IMG/VR virus record: IMGVR_UViG_3300017992_000618
Strand: one strand, 5' to 3'
DNA from: an uncultured virus (IMG/VR IMGVR_UViG_3300017992_000618)
Taxonomy: Duplodnaviria; Heunggongvirae; Uroviricota; Caudoviricetes
DNA length: 64,000 nucleotides
Below are positions 55,741 to 64,000 of this stretch, in pieces. The position numbers were made by a program, and so were the translations under genes. Numbering within the stretch: the first letter of the stretch is position 1; every line of letters starts with the position of its first letter. Under the pieces are notes generated by a model that saw nothing but the letters and a program-made list of their open reading frames with translations, did no database searches and had not been told where the DNA came from.

Positions 55741-56660
55741 GGTTTAGTCTCCTCCAATTCCCATTCTTTTGTTAAGTGCATGTCATCGTTCTTGATCTTT
55801 GCCAGTGCCTCATTGAAGTAATGGACAGAATCCTCACTTAAGTGGGGCATCACATGTTTTTCCATGACCTTTGTAGCTTCATCAGACAGACCATTGTTAA
55901 TGATATTCTGAATCTCATTCTCGCCGACAGCCCCAATCAATTCTTCATCTTTACCATCCCGAACAACTTTCAAAGCATCTTTAGTTAAACAGTACATTAA
56001 CATGACTGTCACGGGACTTTTTAGCCAATAGTTGCTAAGAACACGGTACTCAACACCATATTCCTTAGGTCGATGTGAACCAGCTTTGCCATATAGTTTT
56101 CTTCTGGCAATAGCTTCTTCAGAATTGTCCAAAATAGTGGACAAGAGACCATGCATACAATCCATAGTCTTCACCATTGCTACCTTACCTGGAAAATCCA
56201 GAAGAAATTCATTGCCAGAACCCTCTTCACATCCAACATGGATATGAGCACCACAACTTCTGAAACATTTATCATCTATACATGGTGCCTCATTTTCCTG
56301 CATTTTCCATGCATCATAGTCAGGGTCACAGCCGAAACGTTTGGCTTCAGGGTGATCCAACTCTGCGGGATCGAACTGAGCTGATGGTAGTGCAGCCAGC
56401 TTGTGTCCCTTAGGAATAGCTCCCAATACATCCCTGAATGTTTGTTGTACCTTGCCGACGAAGTCATCTCGCCCTACAGCCGGATCTGTAGCAAATTCCA
56501 CAGCGACATTGTCGCGTTGGATGTTGCCACCGTTTGGTAACGGTGCCGGCTCTTCCTTTGTCCCATTGATATGTGGTATAGCAGACCTCAACTGGCCGGT
56601 TTCATTCTCTGCCAGGAAGAATTCAGGATCTGTACCAATGCTGAAAACTTTCTTTGCCAT
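55737..56660 (-). CDS. phiEco32-like COOH-NH2 ligase type 2
   Basis: IGTDPEFF, SAI..I.G.K..P, DNVAVEF, FGCDPD, RSCGAHIHVG, RRKLYGKAG..R.K.YGVEYRVLSNYW. Confidence 0.93.
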   Translation of the reverse strand: MAKKVFSIGTDPEFFLAENETGQLRSAIPHINGTKEEPAPLPNGGNIQRDNVAVEFATDPAVGRDDFVGKVQQTFRDVLGAIPKGHKLAALPSAQFDPAELDHPEAKRFGCDPDYDAWKMQENEAPCIDDKCFRSCGAHIHVGCEEGSGNEFLLDFPGKVAMVKTMDCMHGLLSTILDNSEEAIARRKLYGKAGSHRPKEYGVEYRVLSNYWLKSPVTVMLMYCLTKDALKVVRDGKDEELIGAVGENEIQNIINNGLSDEATKVMEKHVMPHLSEDSVHYFNEALAKIKNDDMHLTKEWELEETKP

Positions 56661-56672
56661 CTCTCTTCCTCC

Positions 56673-57494
56673 TCACTTCTTTCTAGGTAAATGCTCTTTG
56701 CAGAGCTTGATGAAATTTTTCTTCAAACGTTTATACTGAAAATCACTGTTATTTCCATAAGTGGAGCAGAAGCTTAGCATTCCGCCATACACACCAATGT
56801 TTGATGATCCAGCTTTCGGTGCCCACAATTTCTTATGGTCTTCTTTACCAAAGAGTTCTTTATGGTACTTCAATAAGATATATATCTCATTTCTGAAACT
56901 GCGAAGATATCTGGTGATATCACCGTGCCCATCTTTACCTTGGTGTTCAGAGACAAGAGCTTTGAAATCCCGCTCTACTGAATCGATACCACCATCTACA
57001 TCAAATGGACCATATTCTGCACCAAGACGAAGAATAAAAGTAAATGTTGATATCAATTGAGGTGACATTAACCAACCACCAGGGCCAGTTAACAACCACA
57101 CATTGTCGTGTATCTCATGTTTAACGGTGGTGATTTTACTCTGATCCCACCCGGCGATGTCTTCATATACATTCATCACAGCCTTCGCATTAAAAAGCTT
57201 ATCTCTGAATTCATTGAAGTCCTTGGGGTCTCTAGCAATAAGGATGCGGACTTTTTCCTTATCGAAATTGTATCCTTCTGAAGGCTTGAAATCGTTGTGA
57301 CGTTTATCATTCATAGCCGCATGTGCTTGTGCTGTGACCTGTTCTCGACAATATACAAATGGAGTCAACTGAGTTCTGACACCCTCAACTGGTGGTGACA
57401 TCCATGCAAACTGTGGTTTGTTGTACCCATAAGGATTACCTTCATCCGCTGGCCACTTTTTAACACGTATCAGTTTCTTTTTAGCTTTCGCCAT
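56673..57494 (-). CDS. Unknown protein, paralog family A
   Basis: PQFA...CRE, MN.YE...GW, WL.SPQLIS.FTFILRLG. Confidence 0.7.
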   Translation of the reverse strand: MAKAKKKLIRVKKWPADEGNPYGYNKPQFAWMSPPVEGVRTQLTPFVYCREQVTAQAHAAMNDKRHNDFKPSEGYNFDKEKVRILIARDPKDFNEFRDKLFNAKAVMNVYEDIAGWDQSKITTVKHEIHDNVWLLTGPGGWLMSPQLISTFTFILRLGAEYGPFDVDGGIDSVERDFKALVSEHQGKDGHGDITRYLRSFRNEIYILLKYHKELFGKEDHKKLWAPKAGSSNIGVYGGMLSFCSTYGNNSDFQYKRLKKNFIKLCKEHLPRKK

Positions 57495-57509
57495 AACTAC
57501 ACACTCCTA

Positions 57510-58298
57510 TTACTTCTTTTTGATTAATTTTCTAATTTCATCGTTGCGTTCAGACAACGGTGTACAACAGTCTATAAGGCTCTTAATGCCACCAGAATTG
57601 TGAAAACTGTTAATCGTTATGTCTTTATTGAGGTATATACTATCAATACCATCTTTACCTAGTAGATATTTCTTATAGTTCTTGGCTACCCAGTCAAGAT
57701 GATTCCACATTGATGTGAGATAGGTGCTGTCATTATCGCCGCCAGATGCACTCAGTCTCTTTAATTCCTTTTTAAGCTGCGCGTTGGTCTTAAACTTGAT
57801 TTCTTTCACACCAAGACGGATGAGGAACGTATACATAGATACAAGATGTGGGGATTTCAACCACCCCTTGGATGAAGTGAACATCCAGTTGTATTTTTTG
57901 GCACCGCCCTTTACTTCTTCGACTTTCGAGAGTCCAATTGACATGAGCTTCTCATAGTGGTTAAGAAGTATAAGAGATCGTTTCATGGATGCCTTCATCT
58001 CTGGCAGACTTGTTTTATCTAATGAATCTCTTGACACAAGCATCCTCATCTTTTCTAAATCGATTCTAGGATTTACGTCGGGGTCATAGAAGAATCCATA
58101 TATTCTGAATTTTTGGCCAGTATGACAAGCTCTCACAGCATCATGTAGATAATCTCTACATTTTACCCACTGATGGCATTGTTTTAACCCATCCTTCGGC
58201 GAAGTGACAAAACTGAAGAACATTCCAGTTTGTTGATATATCTCATTGAGGCTGTTCGTTTGCTTATACCACTCAACTTTAGGTTTCTTACTGCTCAT
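57510..58298 (-). CDS. Unknown protein, paralog family A
   Basis: W..CRDYLHD, LNHYE, WLKSPHLVSMYTFLIRLG. Confidence 0.7.
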   Translation of the reverse strand: MSSKKPKVEWYKQTNSLNEIYQQTGMFFSFVTSPKDGLKQCHQWVKCRDYLHDAVRACHTGQKFRIYGFFYDPDVNPRIDLEKMRMLVSRDSLDKTSLPEMKASMKRSLILLNHYEKLMSIGLSKVEEVKGGAKKYNWMFTSSKGWLKSPHLVSMYTFLIRLGVKEIKFKTNAQLKKELKRLSASGGDNDSTYLTSMWNHLDWVAKNYKKYLLGKDGIDSIYLNKDITINSFHNSGGIKSLIDCCTPLSERNDEIRKLIKKK

Positions 58299-58329
58299 TA
58301 CGGAACTCCTTTCCAGAAGAAAAGTCGCT

Positions 58330-59541
58330 TTAGCCCATTGCTTTTTCAATAGATCTCTTGAAAGCATCAAGTTCTCCTATATTTTTAATAAAGCCTTCGA
58401 CTGCATCTGGTTTTATCATATTTATAAATGTAGGTCTATCTATTGGTCCATTTTTTCTTACATGAAATATAATATAGTTTAGTAAACTATGGTTTACTGC
58501 TTCAGCAAATTCCTTCTGTGAGGTGCTGTCTTTATTCTTGTCAAACAATTCTTTAGTTGTTTTAAACCTGATATCCACCATTCTGTTGAATAGTTTCAGA
58601 GGCTCGTTATATCTACCCTCTAACTTTGCAACCTCATCACCGGCACCAGTTAAAAACATTCTGATCAGTTGATTCTTTGTGAATTTATCTCCAGCTCTCA
58701 ACAGCCTAGTTATTGGTTTAAATTTAGGATTCTGTATTTTTACTCTGGTATAGTTAGAATCTTGAACTATAATACCTTTGCGCCAGGCCGGTAGATGTTC
58801 AGCACAATTTATCGCTGCCGCCCTGCTGTTTGTCTGTAGAGAAGATGGTCTATTTAATCCCAACATGTCAGCAAGTTCATCAACATATGCCGGAAACATT
58901 TGATCCATTGAATGCAATCTTCCAGGAATTTTATCCATAACAGTCAACAATAACAACTCCTCTTTACCATGCGGTCCACATATATGCAACTGCGGATGAG
59001 TGTATATACACACAAAACAAGCCTGTTTGGATACTGTTTTGAACAGATCATTGAAATCACTGGCTATTTTATTATCACGTAGATAATCCAGAACACATGT
59101 TCTATAAGACACAGACCTATCAGGTAGATCTGCCAACTCTCCACCTTGTACACTACCCATGGTCTGCATGTACCAAGTGCCTTTATAATAGTAGAATGTT
59201 ACTAGTTTACCATCATATTCAGGCTCAATGAATACACGAGTCCAGTCCATAGCGGGGGCAGATTGACGGCCATCAATATGTATTCGGTTAAGCGATCTGC
59301 TCACAACACTATGTTCTCTATCCAAGATAAGACCAACACACTCATCACTGACTTTCGTGTGATAATTACTAGTACCATTGTGGTTGATCAAAAACACATC
59401 ATCTAATATCTGATGATGCGCCTCAAGTTTTGATGACAAGACATCGAGGGTGATGTCTACTGGGTGCTGATTCTTCAACCATTTATGGCCTTCTTCAGTA
59501 CTTTCTTTAAATCTATCTAAGAATGATTGGATAACTAGCAT
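58330..59541 (-). CDS. T4 Rnl1-like RNA ligase-fold protein (motif I Lys not evident)
   Basis: ECVGLILD, EPEYDGKLVTFYY..G.W...T.G, KGIIVQD....RVKI.NP. Confidence 0.65.
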   Translation of the reverse strand: MLVIQSFLDRFKESTEEGHKWLKNQHPVDITLDVLSSKLEAHHQILDDVFLINHNGTSNYHTKVSDECVGLILDREHSVVSRSLNRIHIDGRQSAPAMDWTRVFIEPEYDGKLVTFYYYKGTWYMQTMGSVQGGELADLPDRSVSYRTCVLDYLRDNKIASDFNDLFKTVSKQACFVCIYTHPQLHICGPHGKEELLLLTVMDKIPGRLHSMDQMFPAYVDELADMLGLNRPSSLQTNSRAAAINCAEHLPAWRKGIIVQDSNYTRVKIQNPKFKPITRLLRAGDKFTKNQLIRMFLTGAGDEVAKLEGRYNEPLKLFNRMVDIRFKTTKELFDKNKDSTSQKEFAEAVNHSLLNYIIFHVRKNGPIDRPTFINMIKPDAVEGFIKNIGELDAFKRSIEKAMG

Positions 59542-60083
59542 TATTCCCTCTTTTCTCTATCGATAATCAATATACCATTATTATGATCAATTTCATGTTG
59601 TATCACAAAGGCATCCCTATCTTCGAAAAAATTATTGTTCTTTTTACCATCTTCATCGTAGTATTCGACAAGAACCCTACAACTACGCTCTACTTTGACA
59701 GCCTTACGTAATACTAGGGAACCACAATTGGATGATACCATCTGTTTTCTTTTGGAATGTGTCTTTATGGATGGGTTTATCATGATTCGGACTTTACCAA
59801 GCTGATCGACAAAGCCGATGATGTTGATAGGAATACCGATATTAGCACCAGAGATACCTTTTAACTGGCTATAGTCAGAGAAGTTTGTTGCAAATAACTT
59901 CTTCATATAGCCTATTACTAGTACTATAATACTATAATATTCTCTGTTGCTGTCAAACAATCGCATATTTACATCGAGAAGTTTATTATGAAGGGATTGA
60001 TCTTCTGATTCTTTATTCTGAACCAGAAAACTTTTAATCGAGGGATACTGTGACTTCTGTGGGCTCTTGTTGGTCACTTTCAT
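59541..60083 (-). CDS. def: Peptide deformylase (divergent)
   Basis: GISGANIG (GxGxAAxQ-like), MINP, NCGS (EGCLS-like), V.R...V.V.Y.D..G, QHEIDH..GILI. Confidence 0.82.
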   Translation of the reverse strand: MKVTNKSPQKSQYPSIKSFLVQNKESEDQSLHNKLLDVNMRLFDSNREYYSIIVLVIGYMKKLFATNFSDYSQLKGISGANIGIPINIIGFVDQLGKVRIMINPSIKTHSKRKQMVSSNCGSLVLRKAVKVERSCRVLVEYYDEDGKKNNNFFEDRDAFVIQHEIDHNNGILIIDREKRE

Positions 60084-60774
60084 ATTCTCCATTTTTTATA
60101 GCTCTGAATGTTTCGAATTTACCTACTGCTTTGTATACTAAGCCGGCAAACTCACCCTTTTTACCACCTGTGCCATTGTAACGCCATAGAGCCTCGCCTA
60201 TATCTCCATTAGATCTTTCAAGATTATGAAGAAAGACTTTTACTCCACACTCTATGTTAGTACTGATATCGTAGAATTCTTTCTCAGTGGCAACGCACAA
60301 CTCCTTACCCCAAATATTAGGCATAATCTGCATAAGTCCCACAGCACCTTTCTTAGATCTAGCCATTGGGTTGAAGCGTGATTCAACTTCTATCATTCCT
60401 ACCACTAGTGAGAAATCCATCTTGTGTTTCTCAAGAGTGGACGCTATTGCATCAGCTATAGCTTTAGCTACCTCCTGGGGAACGTGTGTGTATTCAGAAT
60501 CAATATAAGCGATGAGATCGTCTGAATTATGCCAGGCTTTAGCTATCAGTTCTTCGTAGCTGTCTTTATAGACTATCATCCCGCCCTGAAGTTCTTCTTT
60601 CTCCTTCATCCATAAATCATAGTTGTCTGACCACTGTTGTATGACTATCTCATGGTTCTTGTTTGTTTCCCACAAGGATACACTCACTATACTCATGACG
60701 ATGATCACCAGTATTGCCATAATATCGACAGCACTTGGTGTGCGGATTTCAAAACGACCTACGTCAAATTTCAT
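60034..60774 (-). CDS. Membrane-anchored soluble-lytic-transglycosylase (SLT) domain protein
   Basis: N-terminal TM segment; IEVESRFNP.A.S.KGAVGLMQIMP, NI..G, AL..YNG. Confidence 0.9.
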   Translation of the reverse strand: MKFDVGRFEIRTPSAVDIMAILVIIVMSIVSVSLWETNKNHEIVIQQWSDNYDLWMKEKEELQGGMIVYKDSYEELIAKAWHNSDDLIAYIDSEYTHVPQEVAKAIADAIASTLEKHKMDFSLVVGMIEVESRFNPMARSKKGAVGLMQIMPNIWGKELCVATEKEFYDISTNIECGVKVFLHNLERSNGDIGEALWRYNGTGGKKGEFAGLVYKAVGKFETFRAIKNGEYESDQQEPTEVTVSLD

Positions 60775-61241
60775 TTTTCCTCCTCGAGAAGTTTCCGACC
60801 ACGATGCCATATTTCTGTATCAGTGTTTTCCATTGTTCCAAGGACCATCTTGGCATACCCTGTGTTTCTCAATGCAACATCAAAATGGGGTAGGCATGAA
60901 TCAGCAATAGCCCACTTTTTCTTAAGATACATACCCCATTTAGCGAATTTTTCCAGAGTATATTCCATCATAGCTGTCATCATAGGTTCATCTTTTATTA
61001 AATCAGACCTTTCTGGTAAGGACAGATTACGCAATGCTGCAATTTTCCTACTAACAGTTATTTCAGCAGTAAAAAGATGTAACATTTGATCAGATTTAGC
61101 CGAATAAAAGATGTTGTATGGCTCTGTTTCCCATTCCACCATTGCCGCCATACTCTTGGGTACATCTTTTAAAGGTTTTAGTAAGATAATACCGTGTTTT
61201 CTGAGTCTTTCTTTAGCAGTATTTGAAATCGGATTCAGCAT
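60771..61241 (-). CDS. Hypothetical protein
   Basis: ORF packing and RBS. Confidence 0.6.
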   Translation of the reverse strand: MLNPISNTAKERLRKHGIILLKPLKDVPKSMAAMVEWETEPYNIFYSAKSDQMLHLFTAEITVSRKIAALRNLSLPERSDLIKDEPMMTAMMEYTLEKFAKWGMYLKKKWAIADSCLPHFDVALRNTGYAKMVLGTMENTDTEIWHRGRKLLEEEK

Positions 61242-61453
61242 TATTTCACCTTTTTGCAAGTTACGACGAATTGAGTACCATCACCCATGATTAGCTCGAG
61301 ACCTTCTTCAGTCTCATTTACCTCTGAGGCGAAGATGTAATCGTCTTCAGCGTTGGTCGCTGCTACCTCCAGTAATTTCTTTCTTATACCTGGAGATACA
61401 TCTTCTTCATCAAGTGGAGGGCTTTCATTATAATATTGAACTTTGTGAGACAT
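61241..61453 (-). CDS. Small hypothetical protein
   Basis: AGGAGG RBS. Confidence 0.55.
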   Translation of the reverse strand: MSHKVQYYNESPPLDEEDVSPGIRKKLLEVAATNAEDDYIFASEVNETEEGLELIMGDGTQFVVTCKKVK

Positions 61454-61468
61454 GACTTTCCTCCTTTC

Positions 61469-61497
61469 TAATAACAAGGGGCCCTTCTGGGCCCCTT
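61469..61497 (-). terminator. Probable terminator hairpin
   Basis: AAGGGGCCC-AGAA-GGGCCCCTT followed by GTTATT on the - strand. Confidence 0.6.
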
Positions 61498-61533
61498 ATT
61501 ACAGCATACCTTCATCTACAAAAAACAACAACA

Positions 61534-62139
61534 CTATCCGAGGATGGAAACATTTGCAGCGTCGAGTTTGTAGTAGCGCTCTGCACGCTCGACGAATGTC
61601 TTCATCTCTCGGCATACATTATCAGGAAGAACTTGACCGCCGGAGGTGAAGGCGGATTTCTTCTTGATAATAACCTCATCTGCCAATGCACGCATGGCAG
61701 CCACCTTCAGGGCATCTTGGCGGGTGAAGGGGAGCTTTTCGAGACGCTCGCCAGATTCTTCATCCACGATAGCCTGATTGTGCTGAGACCAGCCCACAAG
61801 GAGCTTGTCTCCATCTTTGAACGCCAGGAGAACACCGTAGGGATGTCCTTTGGCAACATACGCCTGTTTGAACGATTTGTCATCATCGACTTTCACTGTA
61901 CGTACAGCAACAGCCGGGGCCCTGCGAATATACCGGATGACATGGCTGCCGGCGTCAGCAGCGATCTTTTCCGCTTTTTCAGCAATGGTCGCGTCGGTCA
62001 GCTCAAGGCCGGACGGTAGCGGGGGACCATACATCTCGTAAGGTGTCTTTTTGATCGGCACCTCGATCGTGCTCCCATCGGGCATCGTTATAGGTTTCAT
62101 GTATTTTACGTCCTCTGCCAGTTGCATCTGAGTAGACAT
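61534..62139 (-). CDS. Hypothetical protein
   Basis: AAGGAGG RBS; visibly more GC-rich than neighbouring genes. Confidence 0.75.
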   Translation of the reverse strand: MSTQMQLAEDVKYMKPITMPDGSTIEVPIKKTPYEMYGPPLPSGLELTDATIAEKAEKIAADAGSHVIRYIRRAPAVAVRTVKVDDDKSFKQAYVAKGHPYGVLLAFKDGDKLLVGWSQHNQAIVDEESGERLEKLPFTRQDALKVAAMRALADEVIIKKKSAFTSGGQVLPDNVCREMKTFVERAERYYKLDAANVSILG

Positions 62140-62172
62140 GAGTTGCCTCCTTTCTGTGCGGTTGTAGCATGC

Positions 62173-62379
62173 TTATGCACGCGTGGTTAATGGAACAGCT
62201 GATTTAATTGGGTGTTTTATGTCTGCGAATACTACAGGGTCTTTACTGCACCATGAGTCTTCGGCAATAACCTTATGCACTGCTTCAGCAATATTTTCAT
62301 ACTGTCTGGATACCATTCTAGATGTACCATGTAGGTTATAGCTGTTTATGGAAAAACATTTCGTTGGTTCGAAGTACAC
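62173..62379 (-). CDS. Small hypothetical protein
   Basis: GAGG RBS; part of a tandem small-gene array. Confidence 0.45.
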   Translation of the reverse strand: MYFEPTKCFSINSYNLHGTSRMVSRQYENIAEAVHKVIAEDSWCSKDPVVFADIKHPIKSAVPLTTRA

Positions 62380-62380
62380 T

Positions 62381-62581
62381 TTACACCTCGTAAATTAATG
62401 TATAATTGACTGCATATTTATCCCTGTCGACAGTTACGGCTATGAGCTCTATATTGCCTAATTTAGCCAAGGCTTTGTCAAATTCACGTTCCCTATATCC
62501 AGCATCAATAAAGCGCTTTGTATCGCTTTTTTCGACGTCTGGCTCGCTCTCAGCTATCGATATAACCTTACATCCAATCAT
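62381..62581 (-). CDS. Small hypothetical protein
   Basis: GGAGG RBS. Confidence 0.55.
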   Translation of the reverse strand: MIGCKVISIAESEPDVEKSDTKRFIDAGYREREFDKALAKLGNIELIAVTVDRDKYAVNYTLIYEV

Positions 62582-62590
62582 CTTTACCTC

Positions 62591-62803
62591 CTAATCACAT
62601 GAATGCCACCGAGTCATGCGACATACCCATTCCCCACCTTCTTTCCTTTTATAGGCGGTTCGGGTGTTATACCCAAAAGGGTGGTATTGACGTAGATAGT
62701 CTTTCTGTTTGGCGTCAACCTCTTCTTTTGTGCCATAAAACATAGCATAGCACTCGGCATCTGTATGACCAGATGAAATAACATCTTTATTCATTATTTT
62801 CAC
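62591..62803 (-). CDS. Small hypothetical protein
   Basis: Tandem small-gene array. Confidence 0.55.
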   Translation of the reverse strand: MKIMNKDVISSGHTDAECYAMFYGTKEEVDAKQKDYLRQYHPFGYNTRTAYKRKEGGEWVCRMTRWHSCD

Positions 62804-63158
62804 CTGCTTTCAAGAGCCTATAAACCTTCCCACCGACCTTCTTCCTATCAACTCCAGCAAAGAGTTCGATGATCTCATTTTTACTCAATTCAACACGTTC
62901 GCCGGTGAGAACCTCGATAACACGTGCACAGATCTCGTCCCTGAGCTCATGGTTCATTTCACTCCAGCTAATACAGTGAAACAAAGACAGTCTTTCACGC
63001 TCCTCTTCGGGTATCTCGACACCCATAACCTTGGCCTGTCTGTCGAAATCACAAATGTTGAAATGACCGCCGACACGGAACATTTTGTGAAGTGACTGCA
63101 TTACGGCTGCTTTGCTGAAATCATTGTCAGTCATCCGTTTTTCCCTTTTCCCAAACAT
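62787..63158 (-). CDS. Hypothetical protein
   Basis: AAGGAG RBS. Confidence 0.6.
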   Translation of the reverse strand: MFGKREKRMTDNDFSKAAVMQSLHKMFRVGGHFNICDFDRQAKVMGVEIPEEERERLSLFHCISWSEMNHELRDEICARVIEVLTGERVELSKNEIIELFAGVDRKKVGGKVYRLLKAGENNE

Positions 63159-63159
63159 T

Positions 63160-64000
63160 TTATACTCTCCTTTCTACTTTATTGGTTATAACACCTTTAA
63201 GATAGTCCAAAAAGCTTTCATCCTTGCACATACCCTTTCCAGGACTGTCTGAAATTTTGGCTGTTGGGTTGCCATTCACTTTGGTGTTTTTGATAACGAT
63301 TTGTGGTGCTCTAAACCCACAATCATTGGTTAGATAAGTTCCAATACCAAAAGATGTTTGAATACGACCACAGAACATCTCATAGAGCGCTACAGCGGTG
63401 TCGAAGGTAAGACCATCACTGAATACCGCAGTTTTGGTCTTCGGGTCTATACGAAGATGTCTATAGTGGTGTATTAACTTATCACACCAAACAATGGGAT
63501 TTCCTGAATCATGACGACAACCATCGAACAATAATGCAAAATATCGGTCAAAATCGACCAAAAATGCATCAAATCCCAATGTATCTGACAAAGCTATCCC
63601 CAATTCACCTCTATATTCATCTGCCCAGGCCTGGAGGGCAGCTGACTGACTATCAACCAATCTGGGACCTAATTGTTGATGAATTTGGACCCATAAGTGT
63701 GCCATTGTGCCGATATAGTTGATTCCGTACTTTTTGGCGAAATATACGTTACTAGTACCGGTTAATCGATGTGGACACCTTTCCAGAATGGTCTTTAAGA
63801 TGAAATCATGCCATTCGAATCCCGCACGTCGCCTAGTACCGAAATCCGCAAATTTGAAGTCCATATCTCGATGAAGTTGACTCTCTATGAAGTCCAATTT
63901 TGCATTTAGGAGTTCTTTGCCCTTTTGTTGCCAATTGAAGGCAATTTCACCACAATTTTTGGTATAAAGCTCACTAATCATGGCTAAAAGGGGCTCTTCA
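63160..64000 (-). CDS. pncB: Nicotinate phosphoribosyltransferase (5' end beyond the window edge)
   Basis: FADFGTRRR, GTSNV, GTMAH, LSDT, RHDSGNP, FSDGL, SFGIGT.LTND, KISDSPGK; the frame stays open to the window end. Confidence 0.92.
   Translation of the reverse strand, partial: EEPLLAMISELYTKNCGEIAFNWQQKGKELLNAKLDFIESQLHRDMDFKFADFGTRRRAGFEWHDFILKTILERCPHRLTGTSNVYFAKKYGINYIGTMAHLWVQIHQQLGPRLVDSQSAALQAWADEYRGELGIALSDTLGFDAFLVDFDRYFALLFDGCRHDSGNPIVWCDKLIHHYRHLRIDPKTKTAVFSDGLTFDTAVALYEMFCGRIQTSFGIGTYLTNDCGFRAPQIVIKNTKVNGNPTAKISDSPGKGMCKDESFLDYLKGVITNKVERRV

Noticed and set aside
33384..62041. Numerous + strand ORFs of 60-200 aa (e.g. 37203-37799, 60637-61089, 61633-62019)
   Set aside because: Antisense shadows of well-supported - strand genes, without RBS or recognisable motifs
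1..64000. Genome-wide stop-codon reassignment (TAG to an amino acid), suggested by the CUA tRNA
   Set aside because: Long genes are intact under code 11, and TAG terminates many genes directly before the next RBS; no fragmented genes were seen
1..64000. CRISPR array
   Set aside because: No run of equally spaced identical repeats was seen; the repeats found have only 2-4 dispersed copies

Overview
A 64-kb segment of a large (probably jumbo) tailed dsDNA bacteriophage genome that uses the standard genetic code. Genes run on the + strand to about 22.9 kb and on the - strand from about 23.06 kb to the end. The + arm carries a metacaspase, Fn3-like proteins, a methyltransferase/endonuclease pair, tmRNA, tRNA-Gly, a circularly permuted tRNA-like (YrlA-like) RNA, a CUA-anticodon tRNA, HNH/ParB/MTase genes, a Sak/Rad52 annealase, a Clp ATPase, a stand-alone PgpH-type HD domain and two large virion proteins. 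The - arm carries the three most striking systems. (1) A 1133-aa single-chain RNA polymerase in which beta-like and beta'-like catalytic segments, a bridge helix and a trigger loop are fused; a sigma-70-family gene lies in the same arm. (2) A much-expanded phiEco32-type peptide/amide ligase system: 3 COOH-NH2 ligases, 1 Cys-rich amidoligase, 2 ATP-grasp enzymes, 2 class-II and 2 class-I glutamine amidotransferase-fold proteins, a GGCT, a GNAT and a 3-member unknown paralog family. (3) A ~1.35-kb ORF-poor, densely structured region that looks like a giant GOLLD/ROOL-type ncRNA with embedded tRNA-like elements. A separate ~270-nt pseudoknotted leader precedes a NadD-like gene. tRNA-maintenance and translation helpers (CCA enzyme, second nucleotidyltransferase, Rnl1-like protein, peptide deformylase) and NAD salvage genes (pncB, nadD-like) are also present. 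All family assignments come from motif recognition by eye; no database search or folding program was run.
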